Below are positions 48,340 to 61,230 of a stretch of DNA of 64,000 nucleotides, piece after piece; positions within the stretch are counted from its first letter, which is position 1, and the number at the start of each line of letters is the position of its first letter. The stretch is from the NCBI RefSeq assembly GCF_006345805.1, contig NC_043024.1, forward strand, positions 10,602,001 to 10,666,000. Reading direction: 5' to 3'. A program made the translations under genes and the position numbers. Below the pieces are notes generated by a model. The model searched no databases. It had not been told where the DNA came from and worked only from the letters and a program-made list of their open reading frames with translations. Origin of the DNA: Octopus sinensis. Its lineage: Eukaryota.

Positions 48340-48900
48340 AGGAGGAGGGGGAGAGGTCAAGTGTCGGGTCGGAGAGTGGGGGGGGTAAAAGGAGAGTAAG
48401 GGGTGCGTGGGGAAAGAGTAAGGAGGAGTGCAGAGTATGGAGATAAGAGGTGAGGGAAGGGAGGAGTGGAGAGTATGGAGAGAGGAGGAGGGAAAGTATG
48501 GAAATGTGGAGGGAAGGGGATGGTGAGAGTATGGCGATAGGAGGAGGTGGGAAGGGTGGAGGGGAGAGTATGGGAATAGGAGGGGAGGGGAAGGAGGAGG
48601 GGAAGTATGGAAATGTGAAGGGGAGGGAGGAGGATGGTGAGAGTATGGCGATAGGAGGTGGAGGGGAGAGTATGGAGATAGGAGGGGAGGGGGAGGTGAG
48701 AGTATGGCGATAGGAGGTGGTGGGAAGAGTGGAGGGGAGAGTATAGAGATAGGAGAGGAAAGTAGGTGGAAGGGAGAGATATGAAAGAAGAGGGAAGAAT
48801 AGGGAGTGTGGGGAGGAGGAGAGCATATGGAGGTATGAGGGATGTGAAGGAAAGGTGTGGAGAGTATGGAGAGATATTTGGTGGTGGAGTGGCAGGGGTA
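48340..48900. repeat. Purine/G-rich degenerate minisatellite (gagagtatgg(c/a)gataggagg)
   Basis: The recurring motif is directly visible. Confidence 0.85.
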
Positions 48901-48949
48901 GAGGAGTAACGGAAAGAGTTACATTGTTGCTTGTTTATTCATTTGAGGG

Positions 48950-49500
48950 TTAGGGTGGGGGGATAGAGGTAGTGGTAGTAGTCACATTGGTGGTGGTGGT
49001 GGCAGTAGTAGTAGTAGTGGTTATGGTGGTGGTTGTAGTGGTGGTGGTAGTGGTTATGGTGGTGGTGGTGGTGGCAGTGGTGGCCGCAGTAGTAGTAGTA
49101 GTAGTAGTGGTTATGGTGGTGGTGGTGGTGGTTGTGGTAGTGGTGACAGTGGTGGTAGTAGTCGTAGTAGTGGTGGTGGTGGTAGTGGTGGTGGTAGTGG
49201 TGGCAGTTGTCGTAGTAGTCGTAGTAGTGGTGGTGGTGGTAGTGGTGGTGGTAGTAGTGGTTGTGGTGGTGGTGGTGGTAGTAGTAGTAGTGGTTGTGGT
49301 GGTGGTGGCAGTAGTAGTAGTAGTGGTGGTGGTGGTGGTGGTTGTGGTGGTAGTTGTTAGTGGTGCCGGCATTGTCATCATCATCAACATCATCATTGTC
49401 GTTGTCACCATTATAGTAATAATGCTGGTGGTGGTGGTGGTGGTGGTGGTGGTGTTATGGTGGTGGTGGTGGTGGTGGTGGTGGTGGTGGTGGTGGTTTT
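48950..49500. repeat. (GTG/GTA)n microsatellite
   Basis: Directly visible. Confidence 0.95.
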
Positions 49501-49777
49501 TGTAGCAGAAATCATTTTGGTGTTTTTCAATACTGGCATTGGTGTGTGTGTGCGTGTGTGTGTTTCTATGTATGTGTATGTGAGTGTGTGTACGTTGTAT
49601 ATCTGTGTCAAGATGTATGTATGTGTGTGTGTATGTACATATGCTTTACTGTTTTGTTTTTGTTAGTTGCAACATAAGCGTGTGTGTATATGTTCATGCA
49701 TGTGTGTGTGTGTGTGTGTGTGTATGTGGTGTGTGTGTATGTGTGTGTGTGTGTATGTGTGTTCGTTTATTTATTTA

Positions 49778-50220
49778 CTTGTTTCAGTCATTTGACTGCG
49801 GCCATGCTGGAGCACTGCCTTTAGTCGTACAAATCAGCCCCAGGACTTATTGATTGATTGATTGATTCTAGTTTCAGCTCATGAGCCGTGGCCATGCTGG
49901 GGCACCGCCCTTTGTAAGCCTAGTTCTTTATTGGTGTCTTTTGCTGAACCGCTAAGTTACAGGGATGGAAGCACACCAACACCTGTTGTCAAGTGATGGT
50001 AGGAAGGACAAGGACAGACTCACATACAAATACACACACACACACACACACACAATATATATATACAGTGGGCTTCTTTCAGTTTCCCTCTACCAAATCT
50101 ACTCACAAGGCTTTGGTCAACCCGAGGCTATAGTAGAAGACACTTGCCCAAGGTGCCACGCAGTGGGACTGAACCCGGGACCATGTGGTTTGGAAACAAG
50201 CTACTCACCACACAGCCATA
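49778..50220 (-). mobile_element. SINE family A with a second, different tail fragment at ~49860-49910
   Basis: Family A head at ~50220 and tail at ~49780. Confidence 0.85.
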
Positions 50221-50760
50221 TCCATGCATTTGTGTGTGTGTTTTTGTTTGTAACTGATTATTCCTACACACACACACACCACATACACACACACACATAC
50301 ACACACACACACACACACGCGCGCGCGCACGTGCACACACACACACACACATTCTTACATTAACGGATACTCACACACATGTACCCATGCATACATAGTA
50401 AAGTTAATGCATACTCACGTACATTCATTAACTCCTCAACACATACGAACACATTAACACACACACACACACATACACATACATACATACACACACACAT
50501 ACACACATACACACATACACATACATACATACACACACACATATACACATACACACATACACACACATACACATACATATACATACACATACACATACAC
50601 ATACATACACACACACATACACACGCATTCGTGAAGTCATTCACACACACATTCACACACTCGTACACACACACTAACACATCAAGATGCACATACGCAC
50701 GCAATAATACACACATGAACATACACAAACACAGTAATACATGCACACACACACACACAC

Positions 50761-51239
50761 ACATGCTTTAACACATACATATATACACATATATTAATGC
50801 ACACACACACACACACACACACATGCTTTAACACATACATATATACAATATATAATGCACACACACACACACACAAACCACACATGCTTTAACACATACA
50901 TATATACACATATATTAATGCAACACACACACACACACACACATGCTTTAACACATACATATATACACATATATTAATGCACACACACACACACACACCA
51001 CACACCACACATGCTTTAACACATACATATATACACATATATTAATGCACACACAACACACACACACACACATGCTTTAACACATACATATATATACATA
51101 TATTAATGCACACAACACACACACCACACACACACACATGCTTTAACACATACATATATACACATATATTAATGCCACACACCAACACACAACACACACA
51201 CACATGCTTTAACACATACATATATACACATATATTAAT

Positions 51240-51272
<33 letters not shown>

Positions 51273-51428
51273 CTTTAACACATACATATATACACATATA
51301 TTAATGCACACACACACACACACACACATGCTTTAACACATACATATATACACATATATTAATGCACACACCACACACACACACACACACACATGCTTTA
51401 ACACATACATATATACACATATATTAAT

Positions 51429-51463
<35 letters not shown>

Positions 51464-51586
51464 CTTTAACACATACATATATACACATATATTAATGCAC
51501 ACACACACACACACACACACAACATGCTTTAACACATACATATATACACATATATTAATGCACACACACACACACACACACACATA
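50761..51586. repeat. Minisatellite: 13 copies of a 38-bp core separated by variable (CA)n
   Basis: Core atgctttaacacatacatatatacacatatattaatgc. Confidence 0.95.
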
Positions 51587-51984
51587 CCAATGTGTATAAT
51601 TACTTAAAAGATAACAAACTAAAAGGCAGGAATTAGGGACGAGTTTGTGGGAGCAGGGGTGAGTAAGCAGATATGTTTAGAGGGACCCTGTTTATAATAA
51701 CAGGGCAATTCGTTGGTGTTAGGGGACACAAGCATGGATCTGACTCGTACACTGTTCACTTTTTAGACATTTGTACATTAAGGCACATGCTTTACTACAC
51801 CCTTTTTGACAAGTTGTGATGCACCTGAGCACTGTATACAATAATTTCATTATTATTATACAATGGAATGAGACCTTGGTTATGAAAAAGGGTCCGTTTG
51901 TGGAATCCAACAGATATATTAGGGGCCCTCAGTTTGTAAGTGATGCCCTACCCTCAAAATTGCTGGCCTTGTGCCCTATTCAGA

Positions 51985-52048
51985 AGCCATTATGATCATC
52001 ATCATCACCGTCATCATCATCATCATCATCACCATCATCATCACCATT

Positions 52049-52080
<32 letters not shown>

Positions 52081-52435
52081 GACCATCATTGTCATCACCA
52101 TCACCGTCATCATCATCATCATCATCATCCTCCTCCCCCCATCATCACCATCATCATCATCATTATCATCATCATCATCATCATCATGGTTAAGGCAGTA
52201 GGCTGGCAAAACCATTAGCATGCTGGGTGAAATGCTTAGCAGTATTTCATCTGTTCCTTACATTCTGAGTTCAAATTCCACCAAGGTCAACGTTGCCTTT
52301 CATCTTCATTTATTTTTTTTTTTTTGGTGGGGTATTGATGAAATAAGTACCAGTTAAATACTGGGGTCGATGTGATAGCCTAGTCCCATCCCCTCAAAAA
52401 TTGCTATTCCTGTGCACTAAGACTTGAAACCATTA
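51985..52435 (+). mobile_element. (CAT)n tract followed by a SINE family B variant (52185-52435)
   Basis: taaggcagtaggctggcaaaaccattagc ... ctgagttcaaattccaccaaggtcaac. Confidence 0.8.
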
Positions 52436-52924
52436 GGATTACTATGGCACTGTTCTATGTATAGACCCGTGAGTCTGAGGATAAAACAAGAATGGCAGGG
52501 GGCACTTGCCCTTGGTGAGCAAGGGGATTTTTGGATGATGATGCTGGGGGTTTTTAGATTGGCCTTAGAGGGCCCTCCAGTATCAGGAGGATCCCATGAC
52601 TATCATTTTTTTTTAACTGATATATACCATGCGTATCAGGACAATTACCTCTCGTAGGACAATTCCCCCATCGACAACAACTACCCCGTAGGACAATTAT
52701 GCTCTGTAAACACACACATGCCACTGCTGCATAAGTGCACCCCTTGCAGTGTTTCATAAATGCACCTGTGTCAATGCTGCATAAATGCAGCTGTACGAGT
52801 GCACTATTAATGCAATCATATCAGTGCTCCATAAATGCACTCCTGGCAGTATTCCATAAATGCACCTGTGCCGTGCTCCATAAATGCACCCCTGCCAGTG
52901 CTCTGTAAACACACCTGAGCAGGT

Positions 52925-53335
52925 GACACATAAAAGGCACCCAGCACATTGTTAAGTGGTTGGCATTAGGAAGGGCACCCAGACACAGAAACCATGCCAC
53001 AACAGACTGTTAGAGTCCGGACATCTCCCTGCTAACCAGCACCATGTCAAACCGTCCAACCCATGCCAGCATGGAAAGCAGACATTAAACAATGACGATG
53101 ATGATGATGTCTCTGAAATCTCAGAATAGAACAGAACCACAATTTTTGTGTGAGAATTAAATGCAGGTGTGGCTGAGGGGTCAAGAAGCTAGCTTCCCAA
53201 CCATACAGTCTCAGGTTTAGTTCCACTGTACAGTATCTTAAACAATGTGTCAAACCATCCAACCCATGCCGGCATGGAAGGCAGATGTTAAACAATGATA
53301 ATGATGATCATGATGATGATGATTATGATCATCAT
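52925..53335 (+). mobile_element. Two family C 3' fragments with (GAT)n tails
   Basis: ggttggcattaggaagggcacc ... aacccatgccagcatggaaagcagacattaaacaatgacgatg; second at ~53245-53330. Confidence 0.75.
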
Positions 53336-53660
53336 TATTATTTTGGAGTTATGGTGGCATTGTTTTTACGGTCAGATGCGTCCAGGCCACACTGTAAAAT
53401 GGTTGGCATTTGGAAGGGTATCTAATTGTGAAAAACTGTACCAAAGAAGACCTCACTAGTGCTGGTGCCACATAAAATGCACCCAGGCCATTTTCTAAAG
53501 TGGTCAGCATTAAGAAGGGTGTAGTGACCCCTGGTGGTCAAGCAGGAAAGCAAAACGAAAAAGGGATTTAACGAGAGTAATCTCCCTCGACCTTCTCGAA
53601 AATTCTTGAACATTCTAGAAGCTTCCAATTAACTTCTAGATGATGTGGTAGTCATGGTTT

Positions 53661-54320
53661 TGTTTGTTCCTTCTCAAGCCACGACTGGCTCATAAGGGCC
53701 AGTTTCCTTGGCGTATAGGTTCCCCACATGGACAGGACGCCGGTCCGTCGCAGGTGAGCTGCAAGGTGCAGGAAGAAAGAGTGAGAGAAAATTGTGGCGA
53801 AAGAGTCAGCAGAAGTTCGCCTTTACCTTCTGCTGGAGTCACATGGAGCTTGTGTGTCACTTATAAATACACACACCACCCGGTCTGAGATTCGAACCCG
53901 CGATCCCTCGACCACGAGTCTGCTACTCTAACCACTAGGCCATGTGCTTCCACACATACATACATGCATGCATACATACATACATACATACATACATACA
54001 TACATACATACATACATACATGTTTGTTCCTTCTCAAGCCATACCTGGCTCATAGGGCCGTTTTCCCGGTTTCCTCGGCATATAGGTTCCCCACCTGGAT
54101 GGGATGCCGGTCCGTCGCAGGAGAGCTGCAAGATGCAGGAGGAAAGAGTGAGAGAAAGTTGTGGCAAAAGAGTCGCAGAAGTTCGCCATTACCTTCTGCC
54201 GGAACCGCGTGGAGCTTAGGTGTTTTCGCTCATAAACACACACATCGCCCGGTCTGAGATTCGAACCCACAATCCCTCGACTGCGAGTCTGCTGCTCTAA
54301 CCACTAGGCCAAGTGCCTCC
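53661..54320 (-). mobile_element. SINE family D, tandem pair (53661-53951, 54021-54320)
   Basis: Reverse complement of the 29091 family; copies separated by (CATA)n. Confidence 0.88.
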
Positions 54321-54578
54321 ACTGGGACTTCTAGTTCATCCCTTATATAAAGGAACACATTTCTAATTTCGCACCACTCTTGTCTGTCGGTTCCTGGACA
54401 TGCATTGTGTCACGCCACTCGCATGCAAACCCACATGTGCAGATGTTTGCCTTATTTGCTTTGAGACATGTGGTAGCAAAATATGTTCATGTGATGTTAG
54501 AAGCTTTTCCTTCAATTAACCTTATATGTTAACGAATGACATCCAGTAATAAATGGGTTATGACTTATTACAATCATC

Positions 54579-54935
54579 GGATCTTTTCCTTTTGATGGAC
54601 GGAATTCAACACAATTTCTAGTTAACTAAACAATTTGAAACTTGTATACTGGTAGAATGTGTCAAAAGAAAACATTATTTTCACTTGGCTTTTTTGAGAA
54701 AATTGTAATTTGTAAGTTTTTTAGACGCAGCAAATGATTTGAGCTCAAATGCTGGCATTTCATTGGTTAAAATTCGAAGAATTAAACTATGTTAAACTTA
54801 CAAATTACAATTTTCTCAAAAAAGCCAAGTGAAAATAATGTTTTCTTTTGACACATTCAACCAGTATACGAAGTTTCAAATTGTTTATTTAACTAGAAAT
54901 TGGGTTGAATTCCGTCCATCAAAAGGAAAAGATCC
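54579..54935. mobile_element. Foldback/MITE with ~141-bp inverted arms
   Basis: ggatcttttccttttgatggacggaattcaac...tttgtaagttt (54579-54719) mirrors aaacttacaaa...gttgaattccgtccatcaaaaggaaaagatcc (54794-54935). Confidence 0.88.
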
Positions 54936-55019
54936 CAAACGTCTTACAAATTCTTATTTTCTTGCCGTTTACGTACAAGATGGTGACCCCTCTTTCTTGC
55001 ATGCAATTACAAAAATTAT

Positions 55020-55275
55020 AGGGTGCCACTTCCTGACAATCACTATAAGGGCATCCAGCTGTAAAAACCATGCCAAAGCTGGTCTCACCAGTGCTTCTGC
55101 CATGCAAAAAGCATCTTGTCCACACTGTAAAGTGGTTGCCATTATGAAGGGCACCTGACTGTAGAAACCCTGCCAAAACAGAGAATTGAACCTGGTTTAG
55201 TCTTCTGGCGTGTCAGCTCCTGTCAAACCATCCATAACATACCAGTATAGAAAATGAACGGACAGTAAATGATGA
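55020..55275 (+). mobile_element. Family C, diverged
   Basis: aagggcatccagctgtaaaaaccatgcc ... gacagtaaatgatgatg. Confidence 0.6.
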
Positions 55276-55519
55276 TGGTAGTGGTGGTGGTGGTGGTGGT
55301 GGTGGTGATGGTAATGCTGTTTCCCTCCCTATCACTAAACTTTGTCTGACCATCTGTCTGTCTTACTATGAGTCTCTCTATATGTATATTAGTCAGTCTG
55401 TCTGTTAGTCTCTATGTCTGTCCCTGTCTATCTGCCTGTCTATCTATCTGTCTTTCTGTCTGTCTCTCTGTCTATCTTTTATTGTTTCTGTGTCTATCAG
55501 CCTATGTTTTCTGTTTCTT

Positions 55520-55927
55520 TACTACCCACAAGGGGCTAAACACAGAGGGGACAAACAAGGACAGACAAAGAGATTAAGTCGATTATATCGACCCCAGTGC
55601 GTAACTGGTATTTATTTAATCAACCCCGAAAGAATGAAAGGCAAAGTCGACCTCGGCGGAATTTGAACTCAGAACATAACGGCAGACGAAATACCTATTT
55701 CTTTATTACCCACAAGGGGCTAAACATAGAGGGGACAAACAAGGACAGACAAACGGATTAAGTCGATTACATCGACCCCAGTGCGCAACTGGTACTTAAT
55801 TTATCGACCCCGAAAGGATGAAAGGCAAAGTCGACCTCGGCGGAATTTGAACTCAGAACGTAGCGGCAGACGAAATACCCCTAAGCACTTCGCCCGGCGT
55901 GCTAACAATTCTACCAGCTCGCTGCCT
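55520..55927 (-). mobile_element. SINE family B dimer
   Basis: Minus-strand junction aaagaaatag|gtatttcgtctgcc at ~55694. Confidence 0.9.
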
Positions 55928-55964
55928 TATATCAGTCTATGTATTCATCTGCCTGTCTAATCGT

Positions 55965-56571
55965 CTGTCTGTCTTTCTAGCAGTCTCTCTCTTCTCTATA
56001 TATATATATATATATCAGTCAGTCTGTCTGTCTCTGTCTATCAGCCTGACGGATTTTCTATCTGTCTGTCTCTCTGTCTATCCGTCTGTCTATCTATCTG
56101 TCTATCAGTCTGTCTATCCATCTGTCTATCTATCTGTCTATCAGTCTGTCTATCCGTCTGTCTATCTATCTGTCTATCAGTCTGTCTATCCGTCTGTCTA
56201 TCCATCTGTCTATCTATCTGTCTATCCGTCTGTCTATCTATCTGTCTATCTGTCTGTCTATCTGTCTGTCTATCTATCTGTCTATCTGTCTGTCTATCCG
56301 TCTATCCGTCTGTCAGCCTGTCTGCCTACCTGTCTGCCTACCTGTCAGTCTGCTTGTCTCTCAGTCCACCTGTCTATCTGTCCGTCCGTCCGTCCATCCG
56401 TCCGTCCGTCCGTCCGTCCGTCCGTCCGTCTATCAGCCTGCATGTCTGCCTGCCTGCCTTCCTGTCTGTCTGTTCAATGCTGAAAGTGTCCTAAATAACA
56501 ATGGTATTTTTGTTGCTACTTGAGACATATTCACCATCCACTCAGCAAAAAGTGCAGGAGACTACGACGGA

Positions 56572-56666
<95 letters not shown>

Positions 56667-56767
56667 GCACACACACACACACATGATTAACTTTATTTTG
56701 CATGAATATAATTAGATGTATAGAAATACCTAAGTGGCGATATAGATTTTATACACCAACACGCGGG

Positions 56768-56803
<36 letters not shown>

Positions 56804-57166
56804 GTGTGTGTGTGGTGGGTGTATGTGTGTGTGTATATGTATGTATATATATGTATATATCTGTGTGTATGTGAGTGTGGTGGGTATATGTATGTGTATA
56901 TGGATATATATGTGTATATTTGTGTGTGTGTGTGTGGTGTGTGTGTATATATATATGTATATATATATATGTATGCATGTTTGTATGCATATATATATGT
57001 GTGTGTGTGTGTATTATGTATGTATGCTATGTATGTATGTGTATATATATGTGTGTGTGTGTGTATAAGTATATAAATATACTTATTTGCATGTATATAT
57101 ATATGTATGTATGCATATATGTTTGTGTGTATATGCATATATGTATCTCTCCCTATATATATATAT

Positions 57167-57212
<46 letters not shown>

Positions 57213-58326
57213 TACATATATATATATATATAGATAAATAGAAATACACATATATATATATATATGCATATACATATGTATATAGAGATATACATACAAA
57301 TATATATATATATAGATACACACACACACACACACACCACACATATATATATATATATATATGCACACATATATATAATGTTATGCATGTATATGTATGC
57401 ATATGTGTGTATATGCATATATATGTTTATATGTATGCATATGTGTGTATATACATAGATCATTAGCCACTACACACACTTTTTCTCTCCTTGTTTCTCT
57501 CCTTACATATAATATATAAATAGATACATACATACATACATACATATGTGTGTATGTATATATATATATATATATAGGTAAACAGATATGTATATATATA
57601 CACACATGTGATGATGGTGATGATGATGTACATTTTGTGCCTGTATGTACGTATATGTATGTGTGTGTATGTATGTGTGTGTATGTTTTGCGTGTATTTC
57701 TTGTATTTGTGTCGAGAGGTTTATCTTGACATTTCAGTCAAATCCGTCAATCGCAGAAAACAGTAACATTTACTCACTGTGGAATATAGGCAAACCGTCA
57801 TTGTTGTTGCTGTTGTTCTTGTTGTTGTTGTTGCAGATGCTGTAGTCGTCTTGTGTTCCATCATCATCGCCAACATCGTTACCACCTTAATCAGAACCAA
57901 CACAGTTATCTTCATCAACATCATTACCATCATCACTATCATCATCATCATCATCATCATCATTTTCTTCGTCACCATTGTCACCATCATTAGTATTGTT
58001 GTTGTCATTGTTTTCTTTGTCATCCTCCTCCTCATTGTCATCACCATCACCATCATCATCTTCACCATTATCATCATCATCATTGTCACCACCACCACCA
58101 TCATCATCATTGTCATCATCATCATCATCATCATCACCACCATCACTACCACCATCATCATCATCATCACCACCATCATCACCACCATCATCATCATTGT
58201 CATCATCATCATCATCATCACCACCATCACTACCACCATCATCACCACCATCATCACCACCATCATCATCATTGTCATCATCATCATCATCATCACCACC
58301 ATCACTACCACCATCATCACCACCAT

Positions 58327-58359
<33 letters not shown>

Positions 58360-58575
58360 TGTCATCATCGTTTTCTTAGTCATCATTGTCACCATCATTA
58401 TCATTGTTTTCCTTGTCCTCCTCCTCCTCATTGACATCATCATCATCATCATCTTCACCATCATCATCATCAACATCATCACCATCATCATCATCACCAT
58501 TGTCACTACCATCATCATCATCATCATTGTCATTGTCATCATTATCATTGTCATCATCATCATCCTCATCATCCT
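55965..58575. repeat. Tetranucleotide (TCTA/TCTG/TCCG)n, dinucleotide and (CAT/CAC)n microsatellite fields
   Basis: Directly visible at 55965-56470, 56575-57670 and 57860-58575. Confidence 0.95.
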
Positions 58576-58964
58576 AATATGCCATCTTATCTTCTTAAAA
58601 TCGACTTTGTCTTTCGACCTCCCAGGGTCAATAAACTCTAAATACCAGTCATTCACTTGGGTTCACCTAATATTGTTTTGCTGTTCTTATTGTTGATATT
58701 TATCTCTAAATCACCCTCATGTTGGCCATCTGTCTTTTGTCCTTTGTCTTTAATCTTTAATCTTTTATCTTTTACTCATTTAGCTCATTACTCTGTGGCC
58801 AGGCTGGGGCACTGCTTTCCAGGGCTTTTAACTGAACAAATCAACCCCAGTTGTTTTTCTTTTGAAGTCCGCTGCTTATTTTGTTTGTCTTTTTGGCCAA
58901 ACTGTTAGGTTACAGGGATGTAAACAAACCAACAACGGTTGCCAAGTATAGTGAGACAACATCC

Positions 58965-59195
58965 TGTCACTAACCCTCAACCTAACCCTAACCCATTTTT
59001 TTTTTTTCTTAATTGTTAAATTAATTTAATTGTTACGCGTGTTTATAATGTGTTTATAAAACATCATTTTCTCTTGGTTTTATTGAGAAAATTCTATAGT
59101 TTGTAAGATATTTCGTCTGAAAATCCGAGCATTTTGGCAATTTTAACCAATCGATTACCTCCATTCAACTAAAAGCATTTGCTGCGTCTAAAACA
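58965..59195 (+). mobile_element. Fragment related to the 44781 and 54579 elements, preceded by (CTAACC)n
   Basis: aaaacatcattttctcttggttttattgagaaaatt ... aaccaat ... catttgctgcgtctaaaa; the last motif is the reverse complement of 54719-54737. Confidence 0.65.
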
Positions 59196-59264
59196 CAGAC
59201 ACACACACATATATCTATATGCCTCTATCTGTTAGTCAAACTATCTATCTATCTCACTTGTCTA

Positions 59265-59443
59265 GCTCCCATGCCGGTGGCACATAAAAGCACCCACTAC
59301 AATCTCGGAGTGGTTGGTGTTAGGAAGGGCATCCAGCTGTAGAAACTCTGCCAGATCAAATTGGAGCCTCCTGGCTTACCAGTCCTCAGTCAAACTGTCC
59401 AACCCATGCTAGCATGGAAAACGGACGTTAAACGATGATGATG

Positions 59444-59503
<60 letters not shown>

Positions 59504-60082
59504 TAGGTGCAGAAATGACTATGGTAAGTAGCTTGCTTACCAACCACATGGTTCTGGGTTCAGTCCCACTGTGTGGAACCTCGGGCAAGTGTTTCATACT
59601 ATAGCCTCAAGCTGACCAAAGCCTTGTAAGTGGATTTGGTAGATGGAAAATGAAAGAAACCTATCCAGCTTCACATAACCAGCCCCAGCCCATTCAAAGT
59701 ACCTTGGATCGTAGGACGACCTGCTGTGCTTACCTGGGATCATAGGGCAACCTGCTGTGCTAAAGGAGACCTATTGAGTCAAGTACATCAACATCAAAAT
59801 AAAATCAAATGGAAATTGTAGTTGTGATACTTGTGTCGGTGGCACGTAAAAAGCACCAACCGATCGTGGCCATTGCTAGCCTCCTCTGGCCCCTGTGCAG
59901 GTGGTACCTAAAAAGCACCCACTACACTCTCGGAGTGGTTGGCGTTAGGAAGGGCATCCAGCTGTAGAAACACTGCCAGATCAGATTGGAGCCCAGTGCA
60001 GCCTCCTGGCTCACCAGTCCCCAGTCAAACTGTCCAACCCATGCCAGCATGGAAAACGGACGTTAAACGATGATGATGATGA
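59265..60082 (+). mobile_element. Family C copies (59265-59445, 59670-60082) flanking a SINE A 5' half (59503-59662)
   Basis: Shared family motifs and (GAT)n tails. Confidence 0.85.
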
Positions 60083-60099
60083 GGATATATATATATGTA

Positions 60100-60361
60100 T
60101 AGGCACAGACACGACTGTGTGGTAAGTAACTTGTTTACCAACCATATGGTTCTGGGTTCAGTCCCACTGTGTGTCTTCTCCTATAGTCTTACAAAAAATA
60201 AGTCCTGGAGTCGATTTGTTCAACTAAAGGCAGTGCTCCAGTATGGTTGCAGTCAAGATGACTGAAACATATAAAAGAATACATATAGGTAGATAGAAAG
60301 ATATGTATATACATACACGCATATGATGATAATGATGATTGTCAATTGAATCTTTAATTTA

Positions 60362-60406
<45 letters not shown>

Positions 60407-60680
60407 TCATCATCATCATTTAACATCCATTTTCCATACTGGCATGGGTTGGCTGGTTTGACTGAGAACTGGCAAGCCTAGGCTCCAATCTTCGTCTGGC
60501 AGTGTTTCTACAGCTGGATTCCCTTCCTAATGCCAACCACTCCAAGAGTGTAGTGGGTGCTTTTATGTGCCACTGGCATGAGGGCCAGTCAGGCGGCATT
60601 AGTATCAGCCACGCTTGAATGATGCTTTTTTTACTTGCCAGTCAGGCAGCACTGGCATCAGTCATGCTCGAATGGTACAG
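60100..60680. mobile_element. Internally deleted SINE A (+, 60100-60288) and family C copy (-, 60402-60680)
   Basis: Family motifs on the stated strands. Confidence 0.8.
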
Positions 60681-60707
60681 CTTCCCAATATATGTGTGTG
60701 TGTGTAA

Positions 60708-60972
60708 TTTGAGCAAAATCTACTCCAGCATTGGGACCAACTTTTTGCAAGCATGAAGGCACACTGGCAACACACTGGTCCTGTAAATGAAAACCTTACC
60801 TGTCATTGTGGTTTTGTGGCACAGAGCAAAGCAGGCCCCTAGCTGTCCACTCAAGAAAACACATAGCAAATGATCAATAAGCACTCAAGCAAACTGAGTC
60901 CTCAACACTTGTTCCATTTGCAAGGCACCAGCAGACCTCAGGAGACACATACGTGTCCATAGAACAACATGA
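60708..60972 (+). pseudogene. Degenerate C2H2-type zinc-finger remnant, probably the C-terminus of an RTE/BovB-like LINE
   Basis: FEQNLLQH...LTCHCGFVAQSKAG (stop/shift) VHSRKH, and TCSICKAPADLRRHIRVHRTT*. Confidence 0.45.
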
Positions 60973-61042
60973 TCAATGCTTTGTTTTACTGAACCCTTAT
61001 TTGTCGTTCACAATGAAAGAAATCTTCTTATATATATATATA

Positions 61043-61230
61043 TAACGGGAAAGTTTACGAAAATAAACAAAAGACGAAGGCAGGTGGAGTACAAACAAAC
61101 AAATGTATTAGTATAGCGCTAAGGAATAGAAATAGAAAAAGTCTTTTACGTTTCGAGCCTACGCTCTTCGACAGAAAGATACACAAATAAACAAGGAGAG
61201 AAAAAAATGCGTGTAGGAGCTAACGATCTG
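61043..61230 (-). mobile_element. Penelope-like pLTR-derived element inserted at (TA)n
   Basis: Carries the hammerhead-like motif below; its terminus is shared with the stub at 41894. Confidence 0.6.
61142..61179 (-). ncRNA. Minimal type-I hammerhead-ribozyme-like motif, A6U variant
   Basis: Minus strand reads TCTTT-CTGTCGA-a-GAGC-gtag-GCTC-GAA-ACGT-A-AAAGA. Confidence 0.7.

Noticed and set aside
50761-51586. CRISPR-like repeat-spacer pattern
   Set aside because: The spacers are only (CA)n microsatellites.
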